DNA of 64,000 bases from Octopus bimaculoides. Its lineage: Eukaryota. Of the stretch, positions 1 through 9,500 are shown one piece after another; position 1 is the first letter of the stretch; the number at the start of each line of letters is the position of its first letter. Position numbers and translations under genes: made by a program. The stretch covers positions 134,837,169 to 134,901,168 of the forward strand of contig NC_068981.1 in the NCBI RefSeq assembly GCF_001194135.2, given 5' to 3'. The notes beneath the pieces are model-generated. The model was not told the DNA's origin. It searched no databases and saw only the letters and a list, made by a program, of their open reading frames with translations.

Positions 1-573
1 CACTGGTTGTATGACAATAACACTCATCGACAACTATCACAATGTCATGACAAGGAAACACAAACACACACATTCTCGCACTCACACAGTTAAACACACA
101 CACACACACACACAAATACTATGGGTTTCTTTCAGTTTCCATTGACCAAATCCATTCACAAGGCTTTGGTCATTGAGGAGATATAGTAGAAGACACTTGC
201 CTAAGGTGCCATGCAGTAGAACTGAACCTGAAATTATATAGTTTGATGCAAGCTTCTCAACCACGTCGCTATGTCTGTGTATGTTCATATATATATATAT
301 ATTTATGTGTATTTCTTCTATCTTAATGAATAAAAATTCTTCTGATAGAATAAATGGGTTAATAGAAACCAATGTAGCAAAGAACACAAAATAACTGTGG
401 TTAGCTCCTGTTTTTAAGGCAGGAACTCCTTGAAATTTTGGGTATTTGAGTATATTTAAGAATTTAAGGATTGGAGAAAACGCATGTTATAATTGCATAC
501 TTTATTCCTACATATGTTTCAAAGGATTACAACCTGTGTGATCCATAGGGATCTTTGATATTAAAATTGTAAC

Positions 574-1133
574 NNNNNNNNNNNNNNNNNNNNNNNNNNN
601 NNNNNNNNNNNNNNNNNNNNNNNNNNNNNNNNNNNNNNNNNNNNNNNNNNNNNNNNNNNNNNNNNNNNNNNNNNNNNNNNNNNNNNNNNNNNNNNNNNNN
701 NNNNNNNNNNNNNNNNNNNNNNNNNNNNNNNNNNNNNNNNNNNNNNNNNNNNNNNNNNNNNNNNNNNNNNNNNNNNNNNNNNNNNNNNNNNNNNNNNNNN
801 NNNNNNNNNNNNNNNNNNNNNNNNNNNNNNNNNNNNNNNNNNNNNNNNNNNNNNNNNNNNNNNNNNNNNNNNNNNNNNNNNNNNNNNNNNNNNNNNNNNN
901 NNNNNNNNNNNNNNNNNNNNNNNNNNNNNNNNNNNNNNNNNNNNNNNNNNNNNNNNNNNNNNNNNNNNNNNNNNNNNNNNNNNNNNNNNNNNNNNNNNNN
1001 NNNNNNNNNNNNNNNNNNNNNNNNNNNNNNNNNNNNNNNNNNNNNNNNNNNNNNNNNNNNNNNNNNNNNNNNNNNNNNNNNNNNNNNNNNNNNNNNNNNN
1101 NNNNNNNNNNNNNNNNNNNNNNNNNNNNNNNNN
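574..1133. other. Assembly gap (N)
   Basis: Run of N. Confidence 1.
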
Positions 1134-1237
1134 ACTAGGCTTACCAAGAATAAGTCCTGGGGTTGATTTGTTTGACTAAAGGTGGTGCTCCAGCATGGCT
1201 GCAGTCAAATGACCAAAACAAGTAAAGGAATAAAAGA

Positions 1238-1279
<42 letters not shown>

Positions 1280-1443
1280 ATAAACTACGGTTTAAGCAAT
1301 AAATTACCTGCCTCTGGACGCCCTCTTCCCAAGATGGTACCCATACAGGTGACCCCCAGGAGTGCCTCCGGATTTAAACATCCCCTGGTTGCTTGGATGC
1401 TTCAGACTACCCCTGAAGGATCGAGGCAAACCTACCACTTACC

Positions 1444-1477
<34 letters not shown>

Positions 1478-1489
1478 CTTTATAATGTT

Positions 1490-1960
1490 CCTCTTCTCCC
1501 TTTCTGTACTTCACTTGTCATTACCTCTTTTTTGAGCCTCTTCTATTTCTTTCAACTTGCCCACCAATTTTATATTTACCATCAACCAGCTTCCACCATT
1601 CACTACATTTACCATACTCCACCTTTTGCCATCTGTCATACTCCTCTCAACTCTTGCACATTTGACCACTCACCATTCTAATCCTGTGTCTGTGTTCTCT
1701 ATTGCACTCACTTTCTCATACTTTGAGAGTACACTCTGACCCCTCACCACCAACATCTTTGTCTCTCTTTCCAGCTACTCTCACCAACCCTTATATAATG
1801 TGTGGTAGCCTGATCTCCTCTATAACCAGACACCTCTTCCTCAACCTCTATCATACTTTAGCCTCTCACCACCTGGCATAAACCCACCTCCCTCTCTACT
1901 ATACCCTTACTCAGTTGAGCAGGCTTTTCTGTCTCATTAACCCCTTGATGACCTCACTAC
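1490..1960 (-). mobile_element. Probable highly decayed LINE fragment
   Basis: Strongly strand-skewed purine-rich minus strand with no clean ORF; composition-based call only. Confidence 0.3.
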
Positions 1961-2241
1961 TGCCAATGCCACAAAAAAAAAACCCAGTATCCTCTGTAAT
2001 ATGGTTGGCATTAGGAGCAGTAGTAAAGATTGTTTGTCAACATAACGTGGCAGTCCTTGTTTAGGATGAATGTTGACAAACAATCTTTACTACAAAGTAC
2101 TGTTGCTGAATATCTCATGTTGTGAGATTTAAAAACAGTAATTTTCTAATTAGGAAGAGTATCCAGCTCTTAGAAACCATAGAAACCATGCCCAAGCAAA
2201 CATTGGTATTCAATGCAACCCTCAGTCCTCTGGCCTGTCAA

Positions 2242-2824
2242 AGCTAAAGGATGCAATTAGATGTGTTTGAGATGAGATGTTTGAGAGCTATGGTTGGTGT
2301 AACACAGATGGACAGGATGAGGAATGAGGTGGTGCAAAGGCAAGCGGGAATGAGAGAAAAACTAACAACCAAAATGGATAGAGGAATGTTGAGGTGGTTT
2401 GGCCACATGACTGAGAAGCAGATGGTAAGGAGGGGGATAAAGGCAGAAGTGGTAAGCAGCAGACCTCGGTTTGTGTGGATGGATGGAGTGAGGAAAGCTT
2501 TGGTGGTTAGAGGTATTGGAATGAGAGAGGCAAAAGAGTTTATAAATGATAGGAAAGCTTGGAGAGTGTTTGTGGACGGATGAGTGAATTTGATTTTGCT
2601 CAAAGGGGTACAAAACGAACATGATGTGGCAGGGGTAAACCAGCATATGCTTTTGGGCCCCGCTGCTGATATTGGGGGTTGTGTTCTATCCCTTGACCCA
2701 AGCATAGAATGGGACTTGTCTCTTTGAACTGGGAAATGAATGGAATGCCTGGTGTGTATCTTTTTGTGACTACCCCCTCCTAAAAAAATGGGGAATAGGC
2801 CTGGGTGTATATGATATGATATGA
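2242..2824 (+). mobile_element. RTE-clade non-LTR retrotransposon, 3' fragment
   Basis: ORF 2251-2583 (LDVFEMRCLR...LRWFGHM...RPRFVWMDG) matches the RTE RT C-terminus; followed by a 3' UTR and a short (ATATG)n tail at about 2809-2824. Confidence 0.8.
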
Positions 2825-2832
2825 CATTGATT

Positions 2833-2983
2833 CCAGTATTTGCTGATATTTCATTTTATTGACTCTAGCAGGCTGAAGGCAGAGTTAACATCAGCAAGAT
2901 TTGAACTGAGAATATAAAGATCCAGAACAAATACTGCTAGGCATGTTTTCCGACACTCTAACAATTCTGCCAGCTCACTGCCT
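2833..2983 (-). mobile_element. SINE family A (tRNA-like head GGCGGTGAGCTGGCAGAA), partial
   Basis: Aligns by eye to the copies at 19927, 27117 and 43213. Confidence 0.7.
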
Positions 2984-3379
2984 TTCATATATGATGAGTT
3001 TCCAAAAATAATAAGTTTGCTAATATTTTCAATACTGGGAACATGCTACATCACAGGTTTTTTGCCAGTAAGCTAAAATTAAGGCTTATTAACTCTAAGA
3101 AATATTGAAATAATCAAACCCACTTTTACATAACTTAACTGTGTATTTAGCAGTCCCCTTTTTATTTCAATTATCAATTAATTTCAATTCTCTTTTTCAT
3201 TCATTTTTATCTATTTATTATGTACATCCATTGATGCAGGCATGGCTGTGTGATGAGAAATTTTGAGTTCAGTCCCACTGCATGGAACCTAGTGTTGACC
3301 AAATCCTTGTGAGTGGATTTTGCTTGACAGAATCTGAAAGAAGCCAACTGTATATGCAATTAATCACTGTATATAATTG

Positions 3380-3596
3380 GTTTCAAATTTTGGCACAAAG
3401 TGAGCAATTTGGGTGGCGGGAGGAGTAAATCGATTATGTCAACCCTGGTGCTCAATTGGTACTTGTTTTATCAACTCCAAAAGGACGAAAGGCAAAGTCA
3501 ACCTTGGTAGAATTTGAACTCAGAGCGTAAAGATGGATGAAATGCTACTGAGCATTTTGCCCAGCATGCTAACAATTCTGCCAACTCACCACCTTA
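3380..3596 (-). mobile_element. SINE family A
   Basis: Head, GAGTTCAAATTC B-box-like motif and 'gactttgcctttcatcc' core seen on the minus strand. Confidence 0.8.
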
Positions 3597-4959
3597 TCAC
3601 TGCATGCAATTAATATGTGTTTTTGGACATTATAAATAAAGGTTAATGTCTTTTGTTGACTATTACATAAGCATGTTACTTAAAAGTGAAAGAGGGGAGA
3701 GAGAGAGAACAGTATGTTAAGGCAGATGATGTGTAGCTTAAGTTGAATTTGCTAGTCTTTTTTATAGCTGTTAACCATCCTACTAAAATCTTTGACCAAA
3801 CTTTTGGTGGAGAAACGTCTATTTCCTTTGAAGTTTTGCCATCTCCACCATAATAAGTCAGCCAGTACTGATCATTAACATATTTCATGACTTGAAAAAC
3901 CTGAACGCTGTGGTTCAAATATTAGCGGAGACAAAGGTTCACAGTTACCTCCCCTGCTTGCTTCACTAAATACTATTGGCTACTACTTGGTGGCTACTTG
4001 GCTACTACTTGATATTTTGTCAGTTGACTGTATTGAACTCTAATATCATTATTTCTGATGTTGAAGACACTGGAAATCAGCAACCTTTTTTTCAATCTAA
4101 CTTGTGTTTTCTTCACATTTTGGCCTTACAGGTTGCACATTTAAGATGTTTGTATTGAAGTTGGAAGCTTATCAAATTCATTTATTCAGCTTAGCAAAAC
4201 ATTTGATTAATTATAACAATGTTTATGTCTGTATTTTAGTAATAAAAAATTAAATAAAGATATATTAAGATATGTTTACATGCCAGATACAACAAAATAT
4301 TGAAAAAAATTTACTAGATTCTCTTGTTCTCTGTTCCAGATTTGTTTTGGTGATTTTTGTTGTTTTTCTTCGTTTTCTATTTTTGTTTTGTTTTTGCTTC
4401 ATGTAGTAAAACTTTTAATACACGTTTTGTATACTTACCTCCCTTGCTAACAGGCGTTCAGTTTAGAGTAATCTCCCTTGAGATTTTTCCGTTTCTTTTT
4501 GTATTATCGAAAATTCAATTCGTTATTTATGCTTACGACAACCCTGTCAAACAAACCACAGCTAATATAAGATCTTTGCCCCGTTCCAGTCGTGAACAGC
4601 CCATCATTTTCCTGTGTGGAACCCAAAACTACATCTAAAGTGTTCTTTTCTAAGACAACAGGATATGATTTGAGAAGATATAACTGTTATTTCTAGCAAT
4701 TTTGAGCAACTACATTTAGATTCCCTTGGAGATTTGTTTTACATTGAGTACAAAAAGTGGGGATTATTAATTGAATTGTACATACTCTATCAACTGGGTA
4801 TGAAGAATAAATAAAATACTCTTTTAGCCAGCTCTTCAAAATAATTATAATGATTTCTTTATTTGCCCAAGGGCAACTGAAAAAGAGATATTATGCAGAC
4901 AGTTTACCAAAAAAATTGTTGTTAATGCAGAAATGATTATAGAACAACTGACATGGAGA

Positions 4960-5165
4960 ATAATCCTTTCAGCTAAAGGCACAAGGCCTGAAATTTGTGG
5001 GGAGGGGCGCAGTCGATTACATCAACCCCAGTGTTTCACTGATATTTCATTTATCAACCCTGAAGGTTGAAAGCTAAAGTCAACCGTGGCAGAATTTGAA
5101 CTCAGAATCTAGCAGCAGACGAAATACTGTTAAGCATTTCACCTGGTGTACTACCAATTCTGCCA
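4960..5165 (-). mobile_element. SINE family A
   Basis: Same core and tail as the other family A copies. Confidence 0.8.
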
Positions 5166-5201
5166 TGAATAATAACATGTAAAATTATAAGGACCAGTAA
5201 T

Positions 5202-5490
5202 GGAGGCGTATGGCTTGGTGGTTAGAGTATTCAGCTCTCAATCATAAAGTCATGGTGCATTGTGTCCTTGAGCAAGACACTTAATTTCACATTACTCCAG
5301 TCCACTCAGCTAATAAAAATAAGTTGTACCTGTAGTTTAAAGGGCTGACCTTCTCACATTTGGTGTGTTATTCTGAATCTCCCTGAGGATTACGTTAAGT
5401 GTATGCATGTTTGCAGAGTGCTCAATAATTTCACTTGTATATTAATTTCCTGAGCAGGCTGTTCCATTGTTTGAATCGACTGGTACACTT
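5202..5490 (+). mobile_element. SINE family C-related (tRNA head, 'gaatctccctgag...caggctgttcc' core)
   Basis: Similar to 28466-28847 and 43722-44510. Confidence 0.7.
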
Positions 5491-6260
5491 GTAACCAACA
5501 GAGTACCAAAGTACCACCTAAAACCCATAGATCCAAGATTATCCCAACCACCAAGGGCAAAAGTCCTATCTATCTGTGTTCTCCAGTCTACTGGTGTAGA
5601 CTGATTCACACTGGCCATTGTCGCCATTCTCACTCACCTTTCATCAAATTACTTGAAGAAGTCAATGAGGAAATAATTAAATTAATAATAATGATGATGA
5701 TGATGATAATTATTTTTGTTTTAGATTGTTTCTAAAACAACAAAATAACTAAATAAAGTCATATAAATACAAATAAAGAGAAACAATTTGATGCAAAAGA
5801 GGAAGTAAGTGAGATATTTTATACAGACCTAAACGAGAAGGGGAAAACAAAATAGTTTCAGAGTGAGATGGTTAAGGTACTTACAGCTCTACCTTAAGCT
5901 CAACCAGTCCTGCCTATATTTGAAATTGGTGAAGTTACCCAATTCAGCCCTATCATACTTACTACACTTGTATAGGTTTCATAGAATTCCTCTTAAGACA
6001 TTATTTGCCTGGTATTCTTTTTATTTACTTGATAACATTATTTCAGTCTGCCTTCACATTTACCCAGCTTGGCTGAATGAAATGGAGGAAAAAAATTTAG
6101 AAAAATACAAAACAAAATTGAATGACGTGCAATGTATTTTCAGATCTTTTTCTGAATTCAAGAGTCAATTTGATTTATTTGTTAACATATTATATGATAA
6201 TTGATTTGATTATATGATAGAATAATAATGTCCCATTTACTTATTTATTGTCTCTAGCAG

Positions 6261-6554
6261 TCTGGTAATGCGCACATTCCTTTGATATCTCCGGAGTTAC
6301 AAAAGAGACGAGTTCAGGACATTTTAAAAAGGATACCAATAGGATCTGAAGCTACAACAGTGATGGTAGGATGTGTTGACTTCCTTCAAAAACCTGCAAT
6401 GGCTTTTGTTCGACTTTCAGAAGGTCAAATCATTAAAAACTTTACTGAGGTTCCTTTACCTACTCGTTTTGTATCTGTGCTACTTGGTCCAGATAATGGA
6501 GAGATGGACTACCATGAAGTTGGCCGCTCACTGTCCACTCTTATGTCAAATCAG
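6261..6554 (+). CDS. SLC4A2-like: AE exon (first in window), N-terminal cytoplasmic domain SGNAHIPL...STLMSNQ, phase 0/0
   Basis: Acceptor tctctagcag, donor CAG|gtaagg; 98 codons; [28 protein letters not shown] motifs. Confidence 0.95.
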
Positions 6555-9500
6555 GTAAGGATTAACTTTTTATTAGAATTATAATTGTACGAAAGAAATT
6601 ATATATGTCCATGTGTAAGTGTATGTGCCAAGCCTTCCCCACCTCTCATTTTCCTAACACCTATCCCTCCATAACTCTTCTAACTACAGCACAATTCAAC
6701 TACTGTAATCATATGAGAAGAGAATCTGCATGTATTTCATCTTCTTTTGTGTTACCAGTTATCACTCCCTCTCTCTGAAATCCTTTCATTCTCAATATCA
6801 TCCTTTCCTACTCTATTTTCCATTTATCACATCTTTCTCTGTTTCCTGTTATCTCTTCCTTTCTTCTGAGTTACATCTTAGGACTGCGATATCTCATCTT
6901 TAACACCCTCTCATATTTTCTATCATCCTCAACACCCTCTTATATCTGCTATCACTCTCAACACCCTCTTATATCTGCTATCACTCTCAACACCCTCTCA
7001 TATCTGCTATCACTCTCAACACCTTTTCATATTTGTCACCAATAGCCTTCCCCCTCACCTTTGTTCCCCACTCACTACAACCACCTCTAAGTACCTCTGA
7101 CCTTCATCTATGTCTCTGTCTATCTCTCCCTCCACTCTCCCATCTCACTTACAATCTCCCTGTTTTCTGATCTATCCACTGGCATTAATATAATGCTGCT
7201 CTCTATCCTTCCTGTACCTCTTCTATCTCTTTCGCCTTACCACCCGCACTGTATTGGTTTGACACAGTGCAAACTTCAGGGCTGCATCAACCTCAAGTGT
7301 TGCTTTGACATAGTTTCTTTGACTGGATGTCCTTCCTAAAGCCATATTTTGAGGAGAGAAAAGCAGAATATCTTAATAAAAAAGAGCTAGTTTTGCACAG
7401 ATATTTATTATCAATATTTTCTTGCACTGTCCTATCCAGTATGTATCTATTTTTAGATATTTGTATGGTTATTTGATATTTGTATGGTTATTTGATATTT
7501 GTATGGTCTGTCTGTGTTAATTTTTTATAGAAATTACTAGAAAAAAGTGAGGACTTATTTATATAAAAAAGTTAATTTGTTCTTTAGTGTATCATCAGTT
7601 ATATCTTCTGCTTACTGCTAATACAATTTCTTCTTCATGTTCTAATCTTTACAAAGATTAAAAAAACATTTTTTGAAATAAAAATATTCTGCATAGTTTA
7701 AATATTTTATTTCTAAATAAAATCACAGTACCTCTAAATGTTCAGCTCCCCACATTAATATCTGTCTCCTTCAAAATGCCTCCCAAGGAGGTGCTGCAGC
7801 CAGGTTAAGAACCACTGCCCTAGATTGAAAAAAAATTTGTCTCTTGAGATGAACATATGGTGCTGTAGACCTTCTGATATCAAAGTTGATGGCATCAAGA
7901 ATACATTCACTAAAAATGCCTATCTCACTCTCAGAGGGGTGACTATCCTGCATTTACGACTGTAAAGAAAGTTGGGACTGTAGTACTTAAAGTGATATAA
8001 GAGGTAGGGCAAGCAGTGCACATAATCTCTATCTTTAGGGGAGGTGGTTGGCTCTTTCATTTTAGCATTTATATTAGTGTATGTCAAAATGTTGGCTTCT
8101 TGTGTGTTTTAGCATTGGTTTTTGTATGAAGTCTTTTGTACATGAAGGTGTTTTGTTTCATATATGTTCTTTGTTGGCAAGAATGTGTGCATTAGGGGAT
8201 TGTTTGAAGTATGTCATGTAATTGTTTGGAAAGGGTTAGAACATTGCTGAAATTTTACCTCTTTGATGATGTTTATCAAATTAGTCTTAAATATTCAAGA
8301 TCCTTTATCTAGGAGGGCATTTTCATGATTTGAAATTGAATTTATCTGTAGATGTAGTGGCAGTAGGGTTTTCAGAGAAGTAGGTTTTCCAGCACATTGT
8401 TCATACTTTCTGTTTTCCCAATAAGTTGTGTTAAATCTTCTCAAATGGTATTTGGATGTCTTTCAATAAATATAGAAGTTGCTAAATCTTCATCTTCAAC
8501 AGTTTATTCCTTATGTACATTATTTACATTTGATGGTTATTTGTCCTCATCTTGTTTGTTGTTAACACAATATTTCGGCTAATATACGCTCCAGCCTTCA
8601 TCAGGTGTCTCGGGGAAATTTCGAACATGGGTTCTCATTCCTGAGGTATTTTTCGATGTTGTTATTGTTATTATTATTATTATTCAGGTCACTACCTGGA
8701 ATCGAACTTGGAATCTTGGGGTTAGTGGCCCATACTCTTAACCACTGCACCATATGCCCACGGGCATATGGTGTAGTGGTTAAGAGTATGGGCTACTAAC
8801 CCCAAGATTCCGAGTTCGATTCCCGGTAGTGACCTGAATAATAATAATAATAATAACATCGAAAAATACCTTAGGAATGAGAACCCAGGTTCGAAATTTC
8901 CCCAAGACATCTGATGAAGGCTGGAGGGTATACTAGCCGAAACGTTGTGTTAACAACAAACAAGATGAGGACAAATAACCATCAAATGTAAATAATGTAC
9001 ATAATTCCTCATCTCTTAAAAAAAAGTTTATTCTTTGTTTATGCGTAGTACTCAACAGAGATTGGAACTGTTACATAGATTATATGAATAAATGAAAGAG
9101 AGTAGCACTCAATACATGTAGGTGAGAATATCTGGATCTTCATTGTTTTCATTTCACTAATCATGTCTTCACGACTGTAACCTATGGATCAGAAAGTTAT
9201 TTCCTTTCCAATGCCTGATGATTAATATCAGTACTTAATAATTCTAGAAAAATGATAACATTCTGTAAGTAATTATTGAAGATGTTTCAGGAAAGTAGGC
9301 GTAGGAGTGGCTGTGTGGTAAGTAGCTTGCTTACCAACCACATGGTCCCGGGTTCAGTCCCACTGCGTGGCATCTTGGGCAAGTGTCTTCTACTATAGCC
9401 TCGGGCCAACCAAAGCCTTGTGAGTGGATTTGGTAGACGGAAACTGAAAAGAAGCCCGTCGTATATATGTATATATATGTTTGTGTGTCTGTGTTTGTCT

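Larger units (their letters stand above)
8511..9004. repeat. Long imperfect palindrome (arms 8511-8759 and 8762-9004, 2-nt axis)
   Basis: Arms are reverse complements with scattered substitutions and a 6-nt length difference in the (AAT)n linker. Confidence 0.95.

Noticed and set aside
4431-4440. U1 snRNA 5' end (ATACTTACCT)
   Set aside because: Similarity stops after 10 nt; better read as a minus-strand splice donor.
5725-5876. Extra AE coding exon(s) (acceptors at 5724 and 5826; donors at 5805, 5863 and 5877)
   Set aside because: Stops in the frames that would join the phase-0 exon at 6261, no SLC4 motif, and the two candidates are only 22 nt apart.
6902-7040. CRISPR-like array
   Set aside because: Units are contiguous with no unique spacers; eukaryotic context.
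7801-7817. Complete hAT MITE (CAGTGGTTCTTAACCTG end on the minus strand)
   Set aside because: Only one terminus found; no matching TIR or TSD.
8762-8836. Functional tRNA gene
   Set aside because: Acceptor and anticodon stems mispair, and it is attached to a repeat body; treated as a SINE-type head.
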